This document shows positions 1 to 8,124 of a stretch of DNA of 32,000 bases, piece after piece. This DNA is from Thermofilum adornatum (GTDB lineage: Archaea > Thermoproteota > Thermoprotei > Thermofilales > Thermofilaceae), in the NCBI RefSeq assembly GCF_000446015.1, contig NC_022093.1, forward strand, positions 1,560,001 through 1,592,000. The letters are read 5' to 3'. A program made the position numbers and the translations under genes. Within the stretch, counting starts at the first letter, position 1. Every line of letters begins with the position of its first letter. Below the pieces are notes generated by a model. The model ran no database searches. It saw nothing but the letters and a program-made list of their open reading frames with translations, and had not been told where the DNA came from.

Positions 1-2
1 GG

Positions 3-380
3 AAGGGCGAGATAAGGGAAAACATCTTCTCGATAATAGCCAAGCGTGGAAGAAAGTACAAGGTTGGAGGCCTCTACATCACACAGATGCCAAGCGAGCT
101 CATGGAGACGGTCGTGAGACAGTCCCTAACAAAGATAATCCTCTCCCTCCCAACGAGGCCCGACTACTCTACCATAATAAACCACAGCCCATACCTAGAC
201 GACGCAGAGGCAGAAATAAAGACACTAGACAGGGGAGAAGCAGTAGTAATCAGCCAGCCAAGCGGGTTCAGGCTAGCAGTATCCACCAGGATCTACCAGT
301 TCGAAGAATACGCCCAAAGGCTGATACGCGAAGAAAAACTAGCACTACAACAGCGGACGGCCGAAGTCTCTAACGTTTGA
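3..380 (+). CDS. HerA/DUF87-like P-loop ATPase, C-terminal fragment (5' end lies outside the window)
   Basis: The frame is open from the window edge (nt 3) to TGA at 378-380. The translation KGEIRENIFSIIAKRGRKYKVGGLYITQMPSELMETVVRQSLTKIILSL...LDRGEAVVISQP matches my memory of HerA/DUF87 C-termini (RKYG-strand-TQ-x-PSEL, later GEA-hydrophobic). Confidence 0.7.
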   Translation, partial: KGEIRENIFSIIAKRGRKYKVGGLYITQMPSELMETVVRQSLTKIILSLPTRPDYSTIINHSPYLDDAEAEIKTLDRGEAVVISQPSGFRLAVSTRIYQFEEYAQRLIREEKLALQQRTAEVSNV

Positions 381-1060
381 AAACGGCGCACAACTCCATC
401 TTTTATTTCATTTCGACGCAACATTATTCACAGAGAGATCAAGCTTAAGTAGCCTTCCACCATTACCTGTTTGACCCTCCCCCGTCCTAGCTCTCAAAAA
501 TACTTAACCAGGGCAGAAGAATCAATGGCTCTCACGGTCCTCTCTCACACTTTCAACAGCAAAGCCCTCACGGCTTGGTGTTACATCAGCGAGAAGCCCA
601 TTCCACTTTTCAACCATTCTACGAATCCTTATTTTCCAAGCAAGCTCCATCAAGAAGACTCTGATCCATCTACGAAAAGAGACACCGTTTTTCGGAACCT
701 CCTTAACGTCCGTAGGGATCCCCCACTCATAATGGCCTCATTCTGTCTCGTAAACAATTAAGTAAACAAGATGATATGTTTTACTGGAACTAGGACCATT
801 GCTATAAAAATTGTCAACGATTGACACCCTAAAAACGTCATGTGAATGTAGACCCGGGTCAAAGATAAACAAATACGGAACCACCAGTGCTGTCAAGGTC
901 TTCCAAACTGGTGTGTGTCAGCATTAAGCTATCAATTTACATGTTAGCAGTGACGGGGAATTAAGGAACCCCAAAAATATAGTCATATGTAAAGATAGAA
1001 AGCATTAACAATCTTTTTTAGGGGCAATAACTATTCAAATTATGAAGGCGAAGGCGATCC

Positions 1061-1633
1061 ATGAGCTCCCAGCTCAAGCAGAGATTCCTAAGGCTCCTAA
1101 AGGAGGACGAAGAGTTCAGATACGCCGTAGCCGGCCTCCTCGGCCTAGAAGAAATACTAAAAAGGCTGGACAAACATGAGGAACAACTTGTCAAGCTAAG
1201 AGAAGATTTCAATAAACTAAGAGAAGACATGAATAGGGGATTTGAACTCATCGAAAGAAGGATATCTGCTCTTGGGGCAAGATGGGGAATTCAGACAGGG
1301 GAAGCATTCAGAGAGGCACTAAAGGGAATACTAGAGAAAGAATTCGGCGTAAAGTTAGAGAGATGGATCACAGAGGACAACGAAGGTATAGTCTACGATT
1401 ACCCAAGCGAGGTAGAAATAGACATAGCCATAAAGGACGGCAAAACCATCCTAATAGAGATATCTTCCCACATAAAGCCATCCGACATACCAACCTTCAA
1501 GAGAAAAGCCCAACTCTACGAGAAAACAACTGGCAAAAAGCCAGACAGACTAATAATCGTCACCCCCTACGCCGACGAAAAAGCCCTAGAAATAGCTAAA
1601 AAATTAGGAATAGAGATATACACAAAGACATAG
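1061..1633 (+). CDS. Coiled-coil plus PD-(D/E)xK-like protein (DUF3782-like family, multi-copy in crenarchaea)
   Basis: ATG-initiated 190-aa ORF. The N-terminal heptad-rich region is LKEDEEFRYAVAGLLGLEEILKRLDKHEEQLVKLREDFNKLRED. The C-terminal core is SEVEIDIAIKDGKTILIEISSHIK, an acidic-D...E...K arrangement. The ExK motif is not canonical (EIS..HIK), so nuclease activity is uncertain. Confidence 0.65.
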   Translation: MSSQLKQRFLRLLKEDEEFRYAVAGLLGLEEILKRLDKHEEQLVKLREDFNKLREDMNRGFELIERRISALGARWGIQTGEAFREALKGILEKEFGVKLERWITEDNEGIVYDYPSEVEIDIAIKDGKTILIEISSHIKPSDIPTFKRKAQLYEKTTGKKPDRLIIVTPYADEKALEIAKKLGIEIYTKT

Positions 1634-1735
1634 AATGTGAAGATGGATGGTGCTGTAAGAGAGATCCTTCTCTACCATCAAGTTGTAGCTTAAGTGATAG
1701 TTTTGTGGCTAAGGGTAAATTAATGTGTATAACCA

Positions 1736-1999
1736 ATGGTTAAACTTAGGCTGAAGGTGGGTCCAAAGGGTCAGGTAGTTATCCCAAAGGTCTTGCGGGA
1801 GAAGTACGGCATTAGGGAAAACGGCTACGTCCTAGTGGAGGCTAGGGAGAACGAGCTCGCTATAGTGAGGGCACCGGGCATCGAGGAGACCCTTGAATGG
1901 ATCAGGCAGAGGAGAGAAAAGCTTAGGGCGAAACAAGCCAAGCTAGGAGAGCTCGCGGAACTAGACCTCGAGGAAGAGTTCAATGAAGATCTTTGCTGA
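1736..1999 (+). CDS. vapB: VapB-type antitoxin (AbrB/SpoVT/MazE fold)
   Basis: 87-aa ORF. GPKGQVVIPKVLREKYGIRENGYVLVE is a typical SpoVT/AbrB swapped-hairpin motif. Its 3' end overlaps the following PIN-like start by 17 nt. Confidence 0.8.
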   Translation: MVKLRLKVGPKGQVVIPKVLREKYGIRENGYVLVEARENELAIVRAPGIEETLEWIRQRREKLRAKQAKLGELAELDLEEEFNEDLC

Positions 2000-2066
2000 C
2001 GCTAGCCTCCTCATATACCTAAACGCACCTATGCCGCGTGCTGGGCTCAGCTTCGAGGTTAAGTGA
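1983..2066 (+). pseudogene. vapC: Truncated VapC (PIN domain) remnant, only 27 codons
   Basis: ATG at 1983 gives MKIFADASLLIYLNAPMPRAGLSFEVK then TGA at 2064-2066. KIFADASLLIYL is the canonical first strand and Asp of PIN toxins. I found no PIN-like continuation in any frame through 2284. Confidence 0.65.
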
Positions 2067-2284
2067 TACCAACAAGGAGTGAAGAGATGTATTGAATTCG
2101 ACCAGACTCGGCTAAGCTCCATTGTTAAGCCAATGTCACGGATAAAGGAGGGAGAAGAGCAAGTAGCAAATCCTTGAGATTAGCAACCATCCAATCCAGT
2201 AAAGATGGATACTCACACCCGCGATCTTTAAGGGTTAGCCGTGGTAAAGAATTTATTTTCAGGCGAATATTTATCTTGGGGGCT

Positions 2285-2554
2285 ATGGAGCCACTCATAT
2301 GGCTGTTTTACGCATTGCTTGTAGCGGGCATGCTTTTGATACTGGTGGGCTTCCTAGTTATGGCCTTCTCGGGCCTGAGGAGAGGCGGCGAGGCCGAGGC
2401 TGGGGGCGTATTGATGATTGGCCCGTTGCCCATTATCTTTGGCTCTAGCCCTGAGGCGGCGAAGAAGGCTTCCCTGCTTGCACTCCTGTTGATGCTCCTG
2501 TTTTTCTTTTTTGTATTGGCGTTGAGGCTGGTTGGGGTGTCTACGGGGATATGA
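2285..2554 (+). CDS. Small 3-TM membrane protein, DUF131/TIGR00304-like
   Basis: I prefer the internal ATG at 2285 of ORF 2174-2554. Translation: MEPLIWLFYALLVAGMLLILVGF...GGVLMIGPLPIIFGSSPE...LLLMLLFFFFVLAL. The GPhPIhFGS motif fits my recollection of DUF131. Confidence 0.55.
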   Translation: MEPLIWLFYALLVAGMLLILVGFLVMAFSGLRRGGEAEAGGVLMIGPLPIIFGSSPEAAKKASLLALLLMLLFFFFVLALRLVGVSTGI

Positions 2555-2838
2555 GGGACAGCTTCGAGACGGGGCTAAAACTTGTTTTCGCGGGATTTGC
2601 TTTGGTGTTTCTAGCCGTCATTTTACTGGTGCTTTTGGGTCTTGCTTGGGGGAGCAACGTGACAGGAGGAACGGGGGCGTGCATATTTGTATTCTTTGTT
2701 CCTGTCTTCTGTGTTGGTGTGGGAGAGCCGGGCGTCGTAACGTTTTTGATGTTTCTCGGAGTTATCCTTATGCTTGTAGCGTTTGTCCTGTTTGTTTTGC
2801 TCCTTGTCTTGTCTGGGAGGGGGAACGAGGAGGTCTAG
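2551..2838 (+). CDS. Small membrane protein, paralogue-like partner of the DUF131-like gene
   Basis: The start overlaps the upstream stop in ATGA (2551-2554). The 95-aa product has three hydrophobic segments and the central motif GGTGACIFVFFVPVFCVGVG, analogous to the upstream protein. Confidence 0.55.
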   Translation: MRDSFETGLKLVFAGFALVFLAVILLVLLGLAWGSNVTGGTGACIFVFFVPVFCVGVGEPGVVTFLMFLGVILMLVAFVLFVLLLVLSGRGNEEV

Positions 2839-3086
2839 ATTTCTTCTGTTTTGTATCTGTCGTATTCTGGGTCGTAGCCGTTGTCTGCTAGGAGGGCTTC
2901 GAGGTCGTCTACTTCTACTATGTGGTCGTCCTTGTCCTCGTCGAACTTTAGGTACTTTATGCCGAGCTCTAGGACGTCTTCGCCCCTTGTGAGGCGTTCC
3001 TCTATCTCGGCGAGTTCTTCGTCTGTTAGGTTTTGGCACTTCTCGAGGTAGCCCATGAGGCGTCTAAGCGTCATCTTCTTGGGCAA
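2835..3086 (-). CDS. Small acidic hypothetical protein (83 aa from TTG at 3086, or 79 aa from ATG at 3074)
   Basis: The composition is clean and protein-like (LEKCQNLTDEELAEIEERLTRGEDVLELGIKYLKFDEDKDDHIVEVDDLEALL). A/T-rich sequence lies about 25-30 nt upstream. I do not recognise a family. Confidence 0.5.
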   Translation of the reverse strand: MPKKMTLRRLMGYLEKCQNLTDEELAEIEERLTRGEDVLELGIKYLKFDEDKDDHIVEVDDLEALLADNGYDPEYDRYKTEEI

Positions 3087-3207
3087 GGAGCACCACAGAA
3101 AAGGACAATGAAGGAGTTTTTAAACCTATCATCTAGGATGCAGGGCAGTTTTCCACAGTGGAAATAGACGAGAAAAAGAAAAAGATCTTCATGTTCCCTA
3201 AGGTGTT

Positions 3208-4392
3208 TTAGTGGTTGTTTGCCTTGAAGAATACAACGTATAGTAGGTATCCTGTGGCTGCCAGGAGTATAGTGACGCCTATTACTGTTACCAGGTAGAG
3301 TGAGGGGTCTTGTGCAAGTGGGCTCACGTTTTCTAGGTTCAACGCCCTTGTGAGGATGGTCTTATATGGCTCTGGCAACTTGTCGGCAATTAGTGGGGCG
3401 TTCGCGACGAAGAATGGGTACTGGCTGAATGCGTTGAGGTACTCCCCTGTAAGCACCGTAAGACCTGCGGCTACGGCTCCAATTATTGTCGCTTTGTATC
3501 CATTTTGAGAGAAGAGGATATCCGTGCCTTTTATTGGGGCCAGAAGGTAGAGTAGGACTACTGCCTGTATCAGGACTAGTATCATTTTTACTATGAATAG
3601 CCATGCGTAGCTAGAAAACGTTGGAGCGTTTAGGGCGGCTCCTAGACCTGCGAAGATGTTGTTGAACTTTACCGGGACGTTTACGAGGGCGAGGGCGTAC
3701 CACGGACCCAGGAACATCATTGCTATTAGTCCCATGAGTGCTATTTTTATGCTGTCCATATATAGGCCCTTCTCGACCTGGCTCAGCTCCTGTCTCAAGC
3801 CTTTCCATGCAAGCACACCAGCTATAAATAGGAAGCCGAAGGTAAGCGCGCCCGTGACGCTTTTGAGGTATAGTGGCAGGAAGGTGGGGTTGAGCAAAGC
3901 ATCTACGACGTTTAGGCTTGGCTTGGGCTCGAGGATAAGGCCTGCTGGAGTGTTTAGGAAAGCGAAGACAGCCCTGAATCCGAGTGGTATGGTGTATGCG
4001 GTTATCGTTAGTAGCCAGCCTACCATGTCGTGGAGGCTCTCAGTGAACCTGCCCCACCCGTACCAGTAGGAGACTATGGCGAAGAAGTGGAAGAGGATCG
4101 AGACAATGGATATACCGAAGGGTATCATCGTTATGTTGCCTGCTATCCCTACGAATTCTGGGTAGAAGCTGACAAGGAAGACCGTGAATGCTGTCCCCAT
4201 AACGCCTGCAAGTCCATAGGTAACAGCGTAAATCTTGAAGAGCCCACGCGCGGCCTCCTCTAGTGCTTTGTCTCCGGTTTTGGCGGCTCTACGCTTTAGG
4301 AACGGGATCACTGTGGCTAGGGCTATTCCGACGTTGACTGCTACTATGTGTATCCCGAAGACCAGTCCCAGGAAGAGTGCTGGCGGATTCAT
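3208..4392 (-). CDS. Cytochrome bd oxidase second subunit of the CydA-paralogue type (CydA'-like, not canonical CydB)
   Basis: Its N-terminal third aligns by eye with the upstream CydA. AKTGDKALEEAARGLFKIYAVTYGLAGVMGTAFTVFLVSFYPEF...YWYGWGRF matches KKTGNQNWLKLARTATKALGINFALGAASGTLVEFGLVVVWPNV...LVFGWNKL. A 4-nt overlap with cydA (4389-4392) implies co-translation. Confidence 0.7.
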   Translation of the reverse strand: MNPPALFLGLVFGIHIVAVNVGIALATVIPFLKRRAAKTGDKALEEAARGLFKIYAVTYGLAGVMGTAFTVFLVSFYPEFVGIAGNITMIPFGISIVSILFHFFAIVSYWYGWGRFTESLHDMVGWLLTITAYTIPLGFRAVFAFLNTPAGLILEPKPSLNVVDALLNPTFLPLYLKSVTGALTFGFLFIAGVLAWKGLRQELSQVEKGLYMDSIKIALMGLIAMMFLGPWYALALVNVPVKFNNIFAGLGAALNAPTFSSYAWLFIVKMILVLIQAVVLLYLLAPIKGTDILFSQNGYKATIIGAVAAGLTVLTGEYLNAFSQYPFFVANAPLIADKLPEPYKTILTRALNLENVSPLAQDPSLYLVTVIGVTILLAATGYLLYVVFFKANNH

Positions 4393-6014
4393 TCTTCCTC
4401 ACCTCTCAGACTTGGAACGAATAGGAGTCTCCAAGCCGCGTATACCTGCAGAGCCAAGACTGCGATGAACAATAGGCCTACTACTGCATAGGTTAGTGGA
4501 TCGACGGGGTTAGCTGTCCTCGCAACGTCAACGGTCATTACCCCGTATATTGTCCAAGGCTTTCTGCCCATTTCCCTGACACCCCAGCCAAGGAAAGATA
4601 CCAAATGGGCAATTACTGGCGAGGCGGCGAGGCTCCAGAGCCAGATATTTCCAGGTTCCTTCTTCATCCAAAGCATTACAGCCACAGCTAGTGAGAGGAG
4701 TCCAAGGAGAATTGCTAGTCCTGTTTTGGTATAGTAGAGGTAGTGTAAGATGAGCGGAGGCCTGCAGTCAGGAATGTTGGGGACGCCCATGAGGCTACAA
4801 TAGTCCACTGGTATCTGGTCGTAGCCTGGTAGCTGGGCGTTGGGGTTCCCGTAGATTATTAGTTTCATTAGCCCCTCTATCCCGAAAGTCCTAGGAATGC
4901 TTAGTATCTGGTTGCTTGTGCCCTCCATGGCTGCTAGTTTCTCTGGGTTGTATTGTGCTATCTCCTCTCCCATTGTGTGCCCGAAGACGGCGCCCTGGAG
5001 GAGTATAGCTACAAGAGAGAAGTAAACGCCAAACTTGAGGTCGTCCATGTAGTATGCGGTCTTTTTCTTTGTGAGGAGCATAAGGAGGGCAAAGGCCCCG
5101 GCGAACGTGAAGCCAGTGACTGTTAGGGCTGCACCTATCGAGTGCAGGATGCTTCCAAGGTAGACTGGGGACTGGAAAGTCACCGTTGTGTAGCCGACAG
5201 TCCTGACTGTCTCTACAAGTATCTTGTCCACGACGTCCTTCACGAGGAGACCCTTAATTGCAGGGAGTGCTTCGGGCTTCACGACAAGGGCTAGGACGCT
5301 GTCTCCAACTGTCTTCATGCTCCAAGCCTCATACGCAAGCCTAGCTACTATCTTTGAGGGCATGTATACTGCTACCCCGTTGCCCATTTGCCCGACTACC
5401 TCCATGCCTAAAGACTGTAGCTTTGCGACGTCTAGTGCCCCGACAAGGTCGCTTGGGACTACGAGGAGCACCTTGGGATAGCCCTGGCTATACGTCCATC
5501 CCGTCTGCGGGTTATATGCTGAGACGATTCCCGTTGGGGCCACCATGTAGCTGTTTACGCTGACGATCATTGCTGCGCTGAACCATGCCCCAAACATTGC
5601 AAGGAAGGCTACTATTATCTTTGCGTTCGTCGAGAGCTTGTTCCAGCCGAACACTAGGAGGTATACGAAGACGATCTCTGTTAGGAAAGCGAAGATCTCG
5701 AGGTATAGTGGGTAATAGATGTATCGTCCAGCCGCCTCAAGAACGTTTGGCCACACAACGACTAGCCCAAACTCAACTAGTGTGCCGGATGCGGCGCCGA
5801 GGGCAAAGTTTATTCCAAGAGCCTTTGTGGCCGTCCTAGCAAGTTTTAGCCAGTTCTGGTTCCCGGTTTTCTTATACAGGAGTAGTAGGACAAGTATGGC
5901 AAAGGGCAGTCCTAGTGTGTATTGGAGCAGGATCCAGTGGAGCTCGATGCCGATGATTGAAATAATTCTTTCTGGAGCCGCTGGATAGCTAAAATATTGT
6001 TCTAGGAGGTTCAT
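4389..6014 (-). CDS. cydA: Cytochrome bd-type quinol oxidase subunit I (CydA)
   Basis: 541 aa. His26 in TM1 (IELHWILL), GINFALGAASGTLVEFG (conserved Glu), His291 (GSILHSIGAALTVTGF), NPEKLAAMEG and GWGVREMGRKPWTIYG all match CydA hallmark segments. Confidence 0.9.
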   Translation of the reverse strand: MNLLEQYFSYPAAPERIISIIGIELHWILLQYTLGLPFAILVLLLLYKKTGNQNWLKLARTATKALGINFALGAASGTLVEFGLVVVWPNVLEAAGRYIYYPLYLEIFAFLTEIVFVYLLVFGWNKLSTNAKIIVAFLAMFGAWFSAAMIVSVNSYMVAPTGIVSAYNPQTGWTYSQGYPKVLLVVPSDLVGALDVAKLQSLGMEVVGQMGNGVAVYMPSKIVARLAYEAWSMKTVGDSVLALVVKPEALPAIKGLLVKDVVDKILVETVRTVGYTTVTFQSPVYLGSILHSIGAALTVTGFTFAGAFALLMLLTKKKTAYYMDDLKFGVYFSLVAILLQGAVFGHTMGEEIAQYNPEKLAAMEGTSNQILSIPRTFGIEGLMKLIIYGNPNAQLPGYDQIPVDYCSLMGVPNIPDCRPPLILHYLYYTKTGLAILLGLLSLAVAVMLWMKKEPGNIWLWSLAASPVIAHLVSFLGWGVREMGRKPWTIYGVMTVDVARTANPVDPLTYAVVGLLFIAVLALQVYAAWRLLFVPSLRGEEE

Positions 6015-6160
6015 TCGATTCCCCCTTGCATATTAAAACATATTATTCATTATTTTTAATTTTTCGGTTAGAGAAATAAACCAGCCAATTAAATGTTCCT
6101 TTAAAACTGAGTATTCCAGAGGCTTAGCAAATCTTTATCTGGGGGCAAGCCGAAGCAATA

Positions 6161-7606
6161 ATGATGTATTTAGGGAAAATTCCTAGGCCTGGGATTGGCA
6201 TAAGGATTCCTGAGATTGTTTTGCCTGAGGTCGTAGAGGCTTCTCGGCGGCTAGCAATGTTTTCTACGGTTATGCTTTCCTTTAACAGGGAGACCGCGCC
6301 CAAGAATTACATCGAGTCTAGGGATCCAAGGTTCTTTTATTTTGGCCACACGGGGACAAGTATTTCTAGCTATGTGTCCATGGCTAGAGATTATTCTGGG
6401 AGGCTTGGCGTCCCATTGGAGGTAGAGGCTGACCACGTAACGATAATGGGTTCTGTCGAGAGGGCACTAAAAAAGATAGCAGGTGTTAAGGTTGAGGAGC
6501 CTATAACTGACGGTGAGGCTGAAGAGTCGATTAGGTACATTCGGGAAGAACTACGGGAAGCCAGGGAGGCAGGCGGGGTAGACTTCGCGACTATCGATAC
6601 ATGCGACTTGATTGATTTCTCTGTGGACAAGGCGCCTTTAAGTGACGTGGAGGCTAGGTACGAGGAGCTTTTTGGTGCAGACGAGAGGAAAAAGCTTGAA
6701 GAAAGATATGTTGGTACTCATTGTTTCCTGGGAGATGACAGGCATGTATGTCTCAACTTTACGAGGCAAGATGTTTTGCGTCTAGCTGTAAAGTTCTGGA
6801 GGAGCTTGGAATACGCTTCTCGGGTTTACAGCTTGATTTTAAATGAGAACGGCTATGCCCCAGGCATAGAGGTGGCCTTTGACGAGACGCCTTTCGAGAG
6901 CAACCCGTTGGAGGTTTATTTTTACCTCTCTGAGCTTTTATCCCGTGGCGTGAGGGTAGACTTCATTGCCCCAAACATTGGTTTCAAGAAGCGGGAAGAC
7001 TACTCCGGCCGGCTTGACCAGCTCTACGAAGCTGTTTCAACCCTGCACAGCATTGTCTCAAGCATGAATGTCTACCTCTCTATTCATAGCGGTAGCGGTA
7101 GCAACCCATACACAGACAAGGGATTCGGTGTCTGGGCCACGCTGGCGAGGGCTACGCGTGGAAGAGTCAAGTATAAGATGTCTGGCGTATTTATCCAGCT
7201 ACTACTAGAGGTCATGGCGGGTTTCCCAGCGGGCTCGAAGACTCGTAGGCTTTACGAAGAGATATATGACGCGGTCGTTGATCACCTAGCTAGGACTGTG
7301 GAATCTAGGGGGGCTCTATACTCTAGCGAGCTAGAGGCGATGCTTGAGAAGTATAGGTCTTCTAGGGACAGCTATAATCCAAGGCACGACCTGTTTAGGC
7401 ACTACTTCTATGTTTTCCAGGCTGTTAGGGACGACAAGGGGGCAAGGTGGCTAAGGGAAGAGCTTGTAGAGCACTATTTTGCTTGTGAGGAATTAAGGAG
7501 AAGGTATTCTGCAGAGATGCAGAGGCTACTCGAGAGGCTTGCATATACTTTTAACTATGCCGGTAGTGCTCTTAGATATAGAGCGATAAGCCTGGGAGGA
7601 AAATAG
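6161..7606 (+). CDS. UxaE-like (tagaturonate/fructuronate epimerase family) TIM-barrel protein
   Basis: 481 aa. LEVEADHV, IEVAFDETPFESNPLEVYFYLSELLSRGVRVDFIAPNIGFKKREDYSG and YLSIHSGSGS parallel the ADADHV / EVSVDETETPTSP...RRGV...FIG...DYKG / SLHSGSDK blocks of Thermotoga UxaE as I recall them. The substrate is unknown. Confidence 0.5.
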   Translation: MMYLGKIPRPGIGIRIPEIVLPEVVEASRRLAMFSTVMLSFNRETAPKNYIESRDPRFFYFGHTGTSISSYVSMARDYSGRLGVPLEVEADHVTIMGSVERALKKIAGVKVEEPITDGEAEESIRYIREELREAREAGGVDFATIDTCDLIDFSVDKAPLSDVEARYEELFGADERKKLEERYVGTHCFLGDDRHVCLNFTRQDVLRLAVKFWRSLEYASRVYSLILNENGYAPGIEVAFDETPFESNPLEVYFYLSELLSRGVRVDFIAPNIGFKKREDYSGRLDQLYEAVSTLHSIVSSMNVYLSIHSGSGSNPYTDKGFGVWATLARATRGRVKYKMSGVFIQLLLEVMAGFPAGSKTRRLYEEIYDAVVDHLARTVESRGALYSSELEAMLEKYRSSRDSYNPRHDLFRHYFYVFQAVRDDKGARWLREELVEHYFACEELRRRYSAEMQRLLERLAYTFNYAGSALRYRAISLGGK

Positions 7607-8091
7607 TGTTGTCAAGCGATAGACACAGGCTGGATGAGATAGAGGAACAGCTTAGACAGCTATACTTAAAGAAGCCTGTCCTGGTTTTTCTCGGAAACCC
7701 TCTGAGGGGCGACGACAAGGTTGGCCTGCTAATAGGTAGGAGATTCATTAGAGTTTCCAGGTATCCCTACCTAGTTATATGTTGGAAGGGTATAGAAAAC
7801 TGCACCTCCAAGATTAAGCAGATGAACAGGGGAAGCCTCCTCATTGTAGATGCCGTCTATGCCAGCCTGGCTCCCGGAACGATAATATTTGCTGGGCAAG
7901 GCGAAGTAGACGAGAACTTTTTGGCTTCAACACATAGTCTTCCCTTGAGCATTTTAAGTGAAGTACTTAAATTGGAGTTTCACGTGCTGGGCATACAGGT
8001 CGAGAATACAGAGATAGACCAGCCTGTGTCCCCAAGCGTGCTTAGAGCTGCTAGAATGGTTTTGCAGTTACTGAAGAAGACATTCGGCTAG
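7606..8091 (+). CDS. Hydrogenase maturation endopeptidase homologue (HycI/HybD family)
   Basis: VLVFLGNPLRGDDKVGLLIG, LLIVDAV, PGTIIF, STHSLPLSIL and LGIQ match the HycI blocks, including the Asp/Asp/His metal ligands. The GTG start at 7606 shares one nt with the upstream TAG (TTG at 7609 is the alternative). Confidence 0.8.
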   Translation: MLSSDRHRLDEIEEQLRQLYLKKPVLVFLGNPLRGDDKVGLLIGRRFIRVSRYPYLVICWKGIENCTSKIKQMNRGSLLIVDAVYASLAPGTIIFAGQGEVDENFLASTHSLPLSILSEVLKLEFHVLGIQVENTEIDQPVSPSVLRAARMVLQLLKKTFG

Positions 8092-8124
8092 TAAAACTGT
8101 AGAGCCTTGGAATTTCATTAATAG

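Noticed and set aside
471-761. 96-aa plus-strand ORF (TTG start) in the long spacer
   Set aside because: It has a Ser/Thr/Pro-rich, pattern-less composition, no promoter-like box at the right distance and no recognisable motif. The opposite strand looks more protein-like, so I treat this as a shadow ORF over a decayed gene.
1282-1599. 105-aa Arg/Lys-rich ORF overlapping the DUF3782-like gene
   Set aside because: It is an alternative frame of a well-supported CDS and its composition is a low-complexity artefact.
2532-3039. Several overlapping ORFs (119, 138 and 69 aa) across 2532-3039
   Set aside because: These Arg/Cys/Gly-rich translations lie in off-frames or antisense to the two DUF131-like genes and the 83-aa acidic protein. 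They are not credible proteins.
3149-3163. 15-bp palindrome TTTCCACAGTGGAAA downstream of the cydA' stop
   Set aside because: It is a single occurrence with no partner site. It could be a regulator site for the 83-aa gene, but I cannot support that from sequence alone.
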